64,000 nucleotides of DNA from an uncultured Nitrososphaeraceae archaeon (GCA_963765895.1 CAVXZB010000019.1:192001-256000); one strand, 5' to 3'. Shown: positions 1-10,665, counted from the first letter of the stretch. A program made the numbers and translations. The notes: generated from the letters alone by a model not told the origin.

Positions 1-1652
1 CCATGGATCAATTGTCGATAATTCACTTACCCTACTGATACTTATTCCAGCCTTCATGGCCTTTATAACAGTAAACAAGATTTCATCGTTAGGATGCAGT
101 AGCAGTTCCTCAATTGCTTCTATGTTAGTTCCATTGGAATTCTGTTCGTTGATTTTGTCTGTGTCTTTCCGAGTGTCTAAGCCATCTAGTTTCTGCTCTT
201 CTGTCGTATTACTTTGTTCTTTATGATGTATCTTAGGCAGATCAGGATAGTAAAATTCGTCCATGTCGTTCTTGATACTTACTTGATCTAAGACGTCGTT
301 ATTGCTATACTGAATTCTAGCATTGTTATCGGAATACGGTATCAGAAGGAAATGAACTTCCGTTTGACCGCTTTACGTCAATGCTGTCAAGGTTGGCTAC
401 TAGACCATCTTTGCCCACATCAGTCATTCTGATTGCTTTTTGTAGTACTTCTTCGAAACATCTCCCAATTGCCATGACTTCTCCAATAGACTTCATTGTA
501 CTGCCAAGTTTTCTTTTTACAAGCTCGAATTTTTGGAAATCCCATCTAGGCATCTTCAATACAACATAATCAAGCGATGGCTCAAAACATGCAGTAGTAG
601 CTTTAGTTATTCTATTGATAAGCTCTGGTAGAGAATACCCTAACCCGATCTTTCCGCCATGTACGCTAGAGGATAGCCTGTAGCTTTACTTGCCAGAGCA
701 GAAGACCGGGACAACCTCGCATTGATTTCAACTGCACAATATTCATCCGACCTTACGTCTAGTCCAAACTGTATATTACATTCTCCTACTATCCCACAAT
801 GATCTGTCGCACGAAGCGCAGCAGAACGCAACATGTGATATTCATGGTTATCTAGTGTCTGAGATGGAGCGACAACGATGTTATCCCCCGTATGTACTCT
901 CATCGATAGCATATTTTCCATATTACAGACAATTACACTATTTTTCGAATAATCACGCATAACTTCGTATTCAATCTGCTTCCAATGGCCGACGTATTTC
1001 TCTATAAGCACCTGTCCAACCATACTCAGAGAAAGGCCTCGTTGGACAATTTCTTGAAGCTCGTATTCATTATATGCTACTCCGCCTCCTCTACCACCTA
1101 GGGTATAAGCGACGCGGATCATTACTGGGTAAGCGATACGATTTGCCGTCGTAAGAGCCTCCTGCACGGAATAACAGGGCGCACTTTCCAAAACTGGAAC
1201 TCCTGATTTGATCATGGCTTCTTTAAACAATTGTCTGTCCTCAGTGACTTCTATGCCCCTTATCGGAGTACCCGATACCTCTAATTCCATATTTTTTCAA
1301 GATGCCATTTTTCTCTAATGATACGCCGCAATTCAGTGCTGTCTGTCCGCCAAATGCCAGCATAATGGCATCAGGTCTTTCAGATTCTATAACCTGTTCT
1401 ACGTAGTCGGTAGTAATCGGTAGCAAATATACCTTATCTGCGAATTTCTTGTCAGTTTGTATAGTAGCTATATTCGGATTGATTAGAACACTTGCTATCC
1501 CGTCTTCACTTAGAGCTTTGAGGCATTGCGATCCGGAGTAGTCGAATTAGCGATCGATCATTTTATAATAACCAACTTTCGCCTGCTTCTCCAATCTTAA
1601 TTGCCCCACTGCCGAGGACGAGTATCTTTCTTATAGTATCATCCCGTGTCAT
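1..1652 (-). CDS. carB: Carbamoyl-phosphate synthase large subunit, 5' part (runs off window); interrupted by a 31-nt putative BHB intron and by about three 1-nt indels
   Basis: ATG at 1652 reads [25 protein letters not shown], then after the 1577-1547 insert [16 protein letters not shown]...[10 protein letters not shown]. It continues through track ORFs 1241-1426, 640-1290 ([32 protein letters not shown]) and 326-559 ([12 protein letters not shown]) to ...IDPW at base 1. Confidence 0.95.
1547..1577 (-). other. Putative archaeal BHB (tRNA-type) intron in carB pre-mRNA, 31 nt
   Basis: Minus strand reads GCA GGCG AA^A GUUGGUUAUU AUAA AAUGAUCGAU CGCU AA^U UCGAC. There is a 4-bp central helix GGCG/CGCU, 3-nt bulges AAA and AAU, and a 10-bp intron hairpin. 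Cutting after the second bulge nucleotide gives GGC GAA|TTC GAC (G-E-F-D). The unspliced frame hits TAA. Confidence 0.85.
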
Positions 1653-3111
1653 GTTTCCTCCTATTGTTTAATTTTTTTTTGCTTGGAATGGGTTCAAATT
1701 TAGATACATCTGAAGATTTGTCACACAAGTCATCCAGCTCTGAAGTAAGGCTATTTTGATTAGGATTAGTATTTGTTTCTATAGTACTAAAGTTAGTAAC
1801 GTCTACTCTACGTCGTGAGACTAAATTCATATCCAATGAAGATAGATAGGAACCGTCGGAGCTTTCGATTAAGTCTTTAAATCTCCTGAAAATAAATATA
1901 CAATCATTCGGGCCTGGAGACGCCTCTGGATGAAATCTGTACTGCAATTATCGGCTTGGATTCGTGTTCAATCCCTTCAACTGTGTCATCATCAGTATTT
2001 GAGAACCAGATGTTGAATTCTCCTTTTTCAAGCGTTTCAGGTGCTACGCCGTACCCATGGTTTTGGCTTGTGATATAGGTCATATTATTTCGCAAATCAT
2101 TGCATGGCTTATTCTGACCTCGATGGCCAAATTTCAATTTGTATGTATCAGCACCTCCGGCCAATGCAAGGATCTGGAAACCAAGACATATTCCTAAGAT
2201 CGGTTTGGATACCTTCATCAATTCAGACGCGGTCCTTACGGTTTCACCACAGATTTTGGGGTCGCCAGGTCCATTACTTATTACCACACCAGACGGCTTG
2301 TACCGCATCACTTCTTCGTAGGTTGAATTCCACGGAAGTCTAACTACGTTGTAACCCATCCTCAGTATATTTCTAATTATGCTATATTTTGTGCCTGTAT
2401 CTAGTAGTACAACTGTTTTCACATTGTCAGTAGTAGACCTTGCATTCGTATATTTACGAGGCATTTGGGTAGATACTTCGTGCATAAAATTTTGTGCACC
2501 GTAGCTATGATTTTTTATATTTTCATAAATTCTCGATCTTTCGGCTTGATAAACTGAACTTGAGTCAGAGACTAAAGGATCCAAAGGCGAGGACTCTTCC
2601 ACTGACATCGCACCTTTCATTACACCATTTATTCTCAAGAGTTTAGTTAATCTACGTGTGTCTAAACCGAATAGCCCTGGGATTTTTTCTTCATAAAGCC
2701 ACTGGTCCAATGTCTTTACGCAGCTCCAGTGACTTGCAAGAGCTGCCAGATTATGAATTAATAAACCCTTTATTTGAATCTGCTCTGATTCAAAATATTT
2801 GGGCAGTCCAAATTCGTCCTTCTCAGACATACTTGGAACTCCGTAATTCCCTATAAGCGGATAAGTTAAGCAAAGTATCTGACCACGATAAGAAGGATCC
2901 GTAAGGGTCTCAACATAACCGACCATGCCGGTATTAAATACTACCTCCCCAATCGCGGTAGTCTTGTATCCAAATCCTATTCCCTCAAAAAGCGATCCAT
3001 CTTCTAATACAAATCTACCCTTGTATCCAGAATACGTTCGTTCTAATGTTGGAATTTTTGACCCTCGTCTGATTTCAAGAAATGCAAATTTAAATTTTGC
3101 TGTTTAGACAC
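1639..3111 (-). CDS. carA: Carbamoyl-phosphate synthase small subunit (split by 1-nt indels), with a C-terminal extension of about 70 aa
   Basis: GRFVLEDG...GEVVFNTGMVGYVETLTDPSY, SNGPGDP, GICLG, HRGQN, SQNHGY, then FHPEASPGP in ORF 1639-1947 after a frameshift near 1935. The GTG start at 3111 is inferred through a homopolymer slip near 3057. The stop overlaps the carB start. Confidence 0.92.
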
Positions 3112-3421
3112 AGATAGATAAGTATGGCAAGACTGGTTTTCGTATCATGATACAGGAGAAATAATGGATTATTTGCATTCGCGAAACAATATGTTAGTTC
3201 GTATTTTCCACAGCAAAATGTTTTCAGCATTTAGTTGAGCATAGATCATAGCAGTCCTTTGGTTACAAAGATGTTTTGTTGTCGCAACTTATTGAGAGCG
3301 TTATCAAACCCAGACCATAAACCTGTCTCGGGACCGCTTGAGTTTTCCGAAAACATTGATCGTTGAATCATGTTAAAGAATAACTAAGTACATATATGCA
3401 AAAACACCTACGAATTCTACC

Positions 3422-3916
3422 ATGGGCAAAAAACAGAAAAGAAAACAGCAGGATATAAAGCATAGAGGCCTATCCAAAAATGGTTACATGATAATCGGCG
3501 GTATTGCCGTTATAGTCGCCTTAGGTGCATATTTTGGCGTTCGCACTTTAGTTCCAGTTAATGGCACATCACCAGTTTTTGCAGCTCCAACTAATACCTT
3601 TATTAAAGCAACCCACTCTCCACAGAGCGGATACACCTTTACCAGCCAGTCTAGCGGAGGCAGGGGACAAAATATTGGAGTAGGATATAATAGCCCGACT
3701 ATCACTATGAAAAAAGGCGAACTGAACTCCATACATTTGATCAACGAGGACCGAGATTCTCAGCATAATCTAAATATAGACGCCTTCAAAGTGCACACGG
3801 GAGATCTAGGATATTTCCAGAGCAAGAGTGTAACATTCATTGCTGATAAAGCCGGTACTTTTCAATATTATTGCACGATCCATCCTGAAATGAAAGGCAA
3901 ATTGGTGATTCAATAA
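3422..3916 (+). CDS. Membrane-anchored cupredoxin (type 1 blue copper) protein
   Basis: N-terminal TM helix; QHNL...YYCTIHPEMKG gives a complete H/C/H/M ligand set. Confidence 0.88.
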   Translation: MGKKQKRKQQDIKHRGLSKNGYMIIGGIAVIVALGAYFGVRTLVPVNGTSPVFAAPTNTFIKATHSPQSGYTFTSQSSGGRGQNIGVGYNSPTITMKKGELNSIHLINEDRDSQHNLNIDAFKVHTGDLGYFQSKSVTFIADKAGTFQYYCTIHPEMKGKLVIQ

Positions 3917-4049
3917 GAGCATGGCTAGAAACCGATTCGGACTCTAGTTGACTTCTTTATGTAGTTAAACACTATTTATCAACTGATTAAAATCTCACCG
4001 CTGCTTTTTTAGGCATTTTCAATGCTTAGCGAATTATTTGATTGCTTGT

Positions 4050-5411
4050 CTACATGAAAAATTGGTAAACGATTAGTAATATGTTCATAGATATTATCAC
4101 AGTTGTGCAAACTAAAGCTAGGATTTTGGTGGTTAGTCTGTTAACGCCTTCGGAACCCATTATTTTTTTCTTCCCGGTAAAGTAGACCAACGGAACAACT
4201 GTGAAAGGGAGTTGTATACTCAAAACCACCTGACTTATTACAAGAATTGAGAGCGGCGAGACACCAAGAGAAATTGCTATTATAGCTGGAACTAATGTAA
4301 TCAGTCTGGTCACAATTCGACGCTTCCATAGTTTTATTTTCAAATTAGTAAATCCTTCAAATATTACTTGACCAGAGAGTGTCGCAACAACCGATGAAGC
4401 CAAGCCTGAGGCTAAGAGCGCAATTGCAAAAGCATAGCTTGATAGATTACCAAGTAAGGGAGTGAGAGTCCTGTATGCAACATCGATTGAATCAATTATC
4501 ACATTGTGAGTATGGAATGTCGCGGCAGACACTACCAGTATTGCTCCATTGACCAGGCCAGCAAGGCTCAGTGCAACTATGGTATCTATCATAGAGAACT
4601 TCACCAATTGTTTATTGGATTTTATATAAGGCATCATCTTCTGTCTTGATTTAATAATTGATGAATGTAGGTAGATAGCATGCGGCATCACCGTAGCGCC
4701 CAGGATCCCTACTGCAATAAGTAGACCACTACCCCCAAGAGAACTAAATTCTGGAATTATCGCATGCTGTGCTATTTTATTCCAGTCAGGTTGGGCCAAA
4801 AGTATTTCAAAAACATATGCAAAACCTATTATGGCGACCATTCCAATTATTGCGGCTTCCAATTTTCTAAATCCTTTTCTTTCCAGCGCGAGGATTAGTA
4901 AGGTGTCAACTCCCGTAATTATTGCTCCATATATCAGAGGTATGCCAAATAGCAAATTAATCGCAATGGCCGCGCCAATAACTTCCGCTAGATCAGTCGC
5001 AATAGGAGCAATTTCTGCGGTTCCCCAAAGAGACAGCGATTTCCACTTCGTAAGATTGTGCCTACAATTTTCAGCCAGGCTCCGACCAGTCACTATGCCC
5101 AGTTTAGAGGATAGATATTGGAGCAACATTCCCATTAAGTTACTCATCACAACTACCCACAGTAAGGAATACCCAAACTTCGAGCCTGCGGCTATATCAG
5201 TCCCCCAATTTCCAGGATCGATATATGCTACACCCACGACGACGCCAATACCCATAAATTTTAAGAAATGGGCGAAGCTTACCCCTTTAGAAAATTGATG
5301 GTCTACAGAAGGAAGCGAGTCCTCTTTTCTCTCTGACCCCTTAATATTATCATTCACCTGGCAAAGTTCATATTTGCAGTACACAATATAAAGTTTAGCA
5401 TAGGCTAACAA
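4050..5411 (-). CDS. mntH: Nramp-family Mn2+/Fe2+ transporter
   Basis: YIDPGNW and GATVMPHAIYLHS motifs with multiple TM helices; the true start may be somewhat downstream. Confidence 0.93.
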   Translation of the reverse strand: MLAYAKLYIVYCKYELCQVNDNIKGSERKEDSLPSVDHQFSKGVSFAHFLKFMGIGVVVGVAYIDPGNWGTDIAAGSKFGYSLLWVVVMSNLMGMLLQYLSSKLGIVTGRSLAENCRHNLTKWKSLSLWGTAEIAPIATDLAEVIGAAIAINLLFGIPLIYGAIITGVDTLLILALERKGFRKLEAAIIGMVAIIGFAYVFEILLAQPDWNKIAQHAIIPEFSSLGGSGLLIAVGILGATVMPHAIYLHSSIIKSRQKMMPYIKSNKQLVKFSMIDTIVALSLAGLVNGAILVVSAATFHTHNVIIDSIDVAYRTLTPLLGNLSSYAFAIALLASGLASSVVATLSGQVIFEGFTNLKIKLWKRRIVTRLITLVPAIIAISLGVSPLSILVISQVVLSIQLPFTVVPLVYFTGKKKIMGSEGVNRLTTKILALVCTTVIISMNILLIVYQFFM

Positions 5412-5565
5412 TATTAGTTTCCTTTAACATAACTTCTAAAATATACTTTAACCCTTGAAAATTAGATATAGCCTGGGATTTGGTTCGTAAGTGCTTTAGA
5501 GACTCGGATTTTGTTAAAACCAGTAATTTACCGTATAGACCAGAAAGCAGGCATCGTTGGATGCC

Positions 5566-5937
5566 CTACCGTAACCAATAGGTAGCTAAGGCTAGAATGT
5601 GTTCTATCAATCCCTCTTCGTTTTTCTTCTTGTGTCGAGTATAATATTCGAGAATTTTCAGGGCATCAAGTGTCGTTGAGAAGGTCTCGCATGAGTAAAA
5701 GTACAATTTTCGTTTCCGAGCGCTCGAAATCAACCCTTTTTCGATCAAAACAGTAATGATTTCAGAGACAATTGATGCGTTAAGCTTTACTTCTTTACAA
5801 ATCCTTCTTTCTGTCTTTGAGCTACTCTTGAGGGCTGCAAGTATTCGAAGCTCCCATTCGTTAAGATCTATATCATTGGTAGTAGGAGTACTGATTAGTA
5901 TTACCATTGCCATAGATATGTCGAAAGTCTGGACCAT
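5566..5937 (-). CDS. Small winged-HTH DNA-binding protein upstream of mntH
   Basis: DLNEWELRILAALK...ICKEVKLNASIVSEIITVLIEKGLI wHTH pattern; start uncertain. Confidence 0.6.
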   Translation of the reverse strand: MVQTFDISMAMVILISTPTTNDIDLNEWELRILAALKSSSKTERRICKEVKLNASIVSEIITVLIEKGLISSARKRKLYFYSCETFSTTLDALKILEYYTRHKKKNEEGLIEHILALATYWLR

Positions 5938-6447
5938 GAGAAAAATTATACTTTCGGTTATGATATGCTTCGACCATTGTCGACTCCACTATTCACTATA
6001 ATATTATAGATTTGAGACTATTTATTAATTAAGCCTAGACGTAATCGATTTGTAATTCACGTGAAGTATTTTCTCATTATTTTTGACATCCTTAGCTTGG
6101 CGACATCGTTATCATGCAAAGTTTCTGGATGCTTTACTCTAAGATGCCTTAGCGCAAATCGAACTGCATCCCCACAGATCCTACATTTTGCTGTAGAAAA
6201 CATATTTTAGTATAATCAATCACATTGAAAATTCTTACTATAGTAGAATCTAATGAATATTTATCACTGCCTGTAAAACCTAATAAATATCTGAAAGTAG
6301 GCAATATCATGTTAGATGCCACTGTGCCATGCATTGAATATATTCCCCGGGTAAGCACACTTGCTTGGATCAATTAGTAAATTTGAAGTTTTTCAGAATG
6401 CATATCCAAATACTAACCAAAGACAAGATATGCGGATATATTTATCG

Positions 6448-6475
6448 ATTGTGGGTTAAAGATATAACCCACAAT
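6448..6475. promoter_or_regulatory. Perfect 11-bp inverted repeat in a long intergenic region
   Basis: ATTGTGGGTTA-aagata-TAACCCACAAT; function unknown. Confidence 0.4.
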
Positions 6476-6871
6476 TCTATATCATTAAATTCTTGGAGCG
6501 GGAAAAGTTACGATTTTTGATGGGTTTAATGGCATTTCTTCTTTGCGTCGGAATAGGATATACTTTGAATCACTATTTTCGAAGCGGCAAGCTTCCATGG
6601 TAGGTCCTTAGACATAAACAAGCAATTTGATTATTATCTATAGCGTATTGAGTCGCGCAAGTGGTAATGAATCCTAATTTTCTATTCAAGTCATGTAAAT
6701 ATGATACTAGTCTTACATAATATTGGTGGACTTAAATGCAGATTTCAAATGTGTAATAAATTTATCGGTAGGAGAATGTTAATAGATGCAGCAATGTAAG
6801 AGGCTACATTATCTCACCAAAAGAAACGTTTCAAAAAATAGGAAGGAGATTACCACACAATGAAATTGGTT

Positions 6872-7123
6872 CTACTGTGAAGCTGCAACTGATGCTGCGT
6901 TACGTTTTCCTTGAATTTGTGAACCTGCATTCTGGCAGTCCACCTTCATTGGAAACTGACCGTTTCCACAAGCATTTGCTTGGGCTAGTGATTGAGACTG
7001 TTTTGTTTTAGCATAGTGGTGATGATGTCCTCCTGCGTACGCGTTACTTGCTGCAGTAGTCGTTATCAATATTGCTGCAAGTGCTACGATAGCTACTATT
7101 GTATATGTTGTTTTGTTGTTCAT
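6872..7123 (-). CDS. Small secreted protein (signal peptide, His tract, two Cys)
   Basis: Signal peptide ending AYA, then GGHHHH and a QANACGNG...CQNAGSQIQG pattern resembling Nitrososphaeraceae secreted proteins. Confidence 0.75.
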   Translation of the reverse strand: MNNKTTYTIVAIVALAAILITTTAASNAYAGGHHHHYAKTKQSQSLAQANACGNGQFPMKVDCQNAGSQIQGKRNAASVAASQ

Positions 7124-7478
7124 ACCTTAATTCTCAATCAGCATAATGTGGTAATGATTTATTTGCATTAGGAGAAATATTACGCTCTCAAAAATCAGAT
7201 TTGTCTTACTGTGAAATTCATAATTGGATGGAATTGTACCCAAAATACCGGTCGAAATCAAATCTGTGCATCAGTTGATAGAAAATATTTGTAGATAGAC
7301 TCCTAGCAATAGGTGACTTAAACCTAGAATCAAGACTAGATAAATTAGACATAGTAATTTATCACTAAAATTATTTTAGAACTTGATTTGCTAGGAATGT
7401 ACTCTCTCCATTAGATAAGTGGATTTGAAGTTGGCTAAAGTTAATTAGATTCAACATTACTATTCCTTTCATAGTGTT

Positions 7479-8930
7479 TTGCTAAAGCAGTTTTATGATA
7501 TTGCAATTATCGGAGGCGGCATTCTTGGCGCCTCGATTGCGTATTTTGTCTCTGCATTTTCATCCAACAGTGTGATATTGGTTGAAAAGGAGCGCGAGGT
7601 GGCTTCGCATGCCAGTAACAGAAATACCGGAAAGGTTCATGCACCGTTCCTTTATGATCCAATTCACAAGAAGATGTTTGCAAAAGCAGCGTTTTTGGGA
7701 TTCCAGATGATACTTGACTATTGCAAATTATCTCACTTGCCATTTATGCTAGATGGAGTCGTATCTGTTGCCACGTATGATAAGGGCATCGATGCCCTAC
7801 ACAGGTATCTCGAATGGGGTTTTGCAAACGGTTTGCAAAGAAATGAGTTACTCTTTCTCGATGGCAGTATGATTTCAAAATTTGAGCCGAGGGTAAGGTG
7901 CATGTCGGCGATTTATTGTACCAGAGATGCATCTGTTAATTATGGAGCGATAACTAGACAGCTTGTAAAAGATGCTCACCAGTTTGGGTGCAGGGTAGTT
8001 ACTGGAATGAGAGTAGCAAACATAAATAGAAATAATATGAAATTGGAATTACAGCTTGTATCTCACAATCCTCGTGCGAGAGCAAATTGGAGTTCAAATG
8101 CACATCCATATTATCCCGAAGACGGTTTGACCATAAACCAACCTACTGATTCATCCACTCAAGAATTGGATAATCTGAATAAAAATATAGACATGAAAAT
8201 TTATGTGAATTATATAATAAATGTGGCAGGAGGAGGCGCCTTAGACATAGCACATTTAATGCATGTCGGACATAAATATACAAATCTTTACTTTCGTGGT
8301 GAGTATTGGCGAGCTCCTAAAGAATATGAAAACTTTACAAAGCTCAGCATTTACTCTGTTCCTAAGTTTCCAGAATACCCATTTCTCGATCCTCACTGGA
8401 TAGTCCGATTTGATGGATCCAGCGAAGTTGGACCAAATGCCGTTCCGGTATTTGGAGCCTATTCCTATAATTGGAAGAATAATTTACGATTCTCGGTACC
8501 TAAGATAATAGAGATTGCAAAAAATAGCGGAATCGTTAAGCTCTTATTTAATAGACAATTCATGTCTTTGTTAAACAAAGAATTTATGAGTTCACTTTCA
8601 AAAACTACGATGATAAACAGAGTAAGAGAGTTCTTGCCAGATATTACGCCATCATTATTCGTTACCAGAGGCACTGCGGGTATAAGATCACTACTCGTCG
8701 ATAGCGATGGTAATTTTATGCCAGATATGGTCGAAATCAGAAATGAAAAATCACTTCATATTCTCAACTACAATTCGCCGGGAGCTACTGGCGCGTTACC
8801 CATTTCCGCTACGATTGTAAGCAGATTACTTCGAGAAGGTGTGCTCGTACCCAAGAACCATTCTGAATCAGTCAATAGAAAAGATAACTGGGACATCAAC
8901 CAGATTGATTCAGAAATAATGAGTCCATAG
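7479..8930 (+). CDS. FAD-dependent oxidoreductase, L-2-hydroxyglutarate oxidase (LhgO)-like
   Basis: IIGGGILG, HASNRNTGKVHA, FRGEY, VGPNA and NSPGATG motifs. Confidence 0.85.
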   Translation: MLKQFYDIAIIGGGILGASIAYFVSAFSSNSVILVEKEREVASHASNRNTGKVHAPFLYDPIHKKMFAKAAFLGFQMILDYCKLSHLPFMLDGVVSVATYDKGIDALHRYLEWGFANGLQRNELLFLDGSMISKFEPRVRCMSAIYCTRDASVNYGAITRQLVKDAHQFGCRVVTGMRVANINRNNMKLELQLVSHNPRARANWSSNAHPYYPEDGLTINQPTDSSTQELDNLNKNIDMKIYVNYIINVAGGGALDIAHLMHVGHKYTNLYFRGEYWRAPKEYENFTKLSIYSVPKFPEYPFLDPHWIVRFDGSSEVGPNAVPVFGAYSYNWKNNLRFSVPKIIEIAKNSGIVKLLFNRQFMSLLNKEFMSSLSKTTMINRVREFLPDITPSLFVTRGTAGIRSLLVDSDGNFMPDMVEIRNEKSLHILNYNSPGATGALPISATIVSRLLREGVLVPKNHSESVNRKDNWDINQIDSEIMSP

Positions 8931-9176
8931 GTTGTGACGTCGTTACAAAACTTTACCTCTTACTTAAAAATCACTTATCTCAAAACAACTAGCGAGCAAG
9001 GTCTGGCATTTCCTCTCTAAGATCACAGGCAATTGATCAATCTATAAACTCCTAAGTTGAGCCTAATCCAAGGAACTTGGTTTAGCTCGCAAAAATGACA
9101 CAGACTTTTTAACATCTAGATATCAACAAATAATGACAAACCAGTTTTTTATTCATAAATCAGTCTAAATTTTAAT

Positions 9177-10439
9177 ATGTCCAACGGTGCCAAAAATAGA
9201 AGATCGTTAATATTTTTATCATTGGCACTCTCGACAACAGGGTTACTACTAACTATTGCCTTAGTGTCAAGGTCTGACTATTTCACGTCGAGCGAACCTA
9301 CAAAGAAGCCTACACATCAATCTACGAATAAAATCCATAGCGCAAAGAACTTTACAGCAGCAGCCGAATTGATGGAGAAAGTGCCCTCGATTCATCCTCC
9401 TCCTTCTGATATAAAATCCCAAACTGCAGACTTCTCAGCTTTTGATCCTACAAATTCTTCAAACAGTTCTAATAATTCAAGTAACTCTGTAAACAAAACA
9501 AATGCAACAACTGCAACTGTCAGTCATCCTCCTTCTGATATAAAATCCCAAACTGCAGACTTCTCAGCTTTTGATCCTACAAATTCTTCAAACAGTTCTA
9601 ATAATTCAAGTAACTCTGTAAACAAAACAAATGCAACAACTGCAACTGTCAGTCATCCTCCTTCTGATATAAAATCCCAAACTGCAGACTTCTCAGCTTT
9701 TGATCCTACAAATTCTTCAAACAGTTCTAATAATTCAAGTAACTCTGTAAACAAAACAAATGCAACAACTGCAACTGTCAGTCATCCTCCTTCTGATATA
9801 AAAACTAAAGATCCTGCCCAACTGCCCTTTGGATTTTCAGGTAGCAGACGAAATCTCGAGGAAAGTACTAATTTGCCTAGTGATGCCGATAACGCAACAG
9901 CAGGGACTGTGGCTAGCCATACCGCAGAATCGCTCATAGGCTCGATAATGAGCCCCAAAACGTTACTCTCCACGGCAATGAGTGAGATAGGAAACAGGAC
10001 CGTAAAGAGTAGCTCTAGCAAACCGGATCAGATCCGACTGGTGAGTCCACATACTGCTACGATACTATTGTCGAACGAAGTTATACCATCCAAAGATTAT
10101 CTGTATGTATACAATTCATTAGTTAACAAGAATATTACAGGTCAATTGGTAGCTAGGCTTCCCTGTCACTCCGATATGAAGAGCGAACTACTGATTCTGG
10201 TTGGTAATTTGTCAAACCTAAAACCTGTAAATAATGATGTAAAGCCTATAGTACAAATGTCTAAACCTGGTTTTGACTGTTTATATGGTCTTGGAATTTC
10301 TCCGCATATAATATTATCTCAAAATAGTACTGGAATCAATAATATTTTCAATATAGCACTGTACAATCCAAGCAAAAATCCTATCAGGCTCTCCCCAGGA
10401 ACGACAGTAACGGTGACCCTATTTGATTCTTCAACTTAA
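9177..10439 (+). CDS. Secreted or membrane-anchored Ser/Asn/Thr-rich surface protein with three 43-aa tandem repeats
   Basis: N-terminal TM/signal, the repeat unit, and a C-terminal globular domain with two Cys. Confidence 0.8.
   Translation: MSNGAKNRRSLIFLSLALSTTGLLLTIALVSRSDYFTSSEPTKKPTHQSTNKIHSAKNFTAAAELMEKVPSIHPPPSDIKSQTADFSAFDPTNSSNSSNNSSNSVNKTNATTATVSHPPSDIKSQTADFSAFDPTNSSNSSNNSSNSVNKTNATTATVSHPPSDIKSQTADFSAFDPTNSSNSSNNSSNSVNKTNATTATVSHPPSDIKTKDPAQLPFGFSGSRRNLEESTNLPSDADNATAGTVASHTAESLIGSIMSPKTLLSTAMSEIGNRTVKSSSSKPDQIRLVSPHTATILLSNEVIPSKDYLYVYNSLVNKNITGQLVARLPCHSDMKSELLILVGNLSNLKPVNNDVKPIVQMSKPGFDCLYGLGISPHIILSQNSTGINNIFNIALYNPSKNPIRLSPGTTVTVTLFDSST
9398..9803 (+). repeat. 129-bp tandem repeat, three copies plus a partial copy, in frame
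   Basis: cctccttctgatataaaa recurs at 9399, 9528, 9657 and 9786; copies look identical by eye. Confidence 0.95.
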
Positions 10440-10665
10440 CCGGGAGGCCAGATAACCCGTGAAGAGTTGCAATGTGGTTTCAGATATTTGTTGACATTTT
10501 GATGAAATAGGTTCATTTTATACCACAGACTTAAGCCACCTTGCGTAACAAAAATACTACTGTAAGAAACATATGTGAAAATCGATCTACGAATAGACTA
10601 GAAACAAACTAGCGTCTAAAGCTAAAAAATAAATATTTAGTACCGAATGAACTGAGAGATGACAT

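Noticed and set aside
121-390. CarB internal insertion as a second intron or an intein
   Set aside because: It is open in frame for over 100 codons, I found no BHB pairing at its ends by eye, and it has no C/S...HN-C/S/T intein termini.
9398-9803. Repeat array as CRISPR
   Set aside because: The units are contiguous 129-bp coding repeats with no unique spacers, and there are no cas genes.
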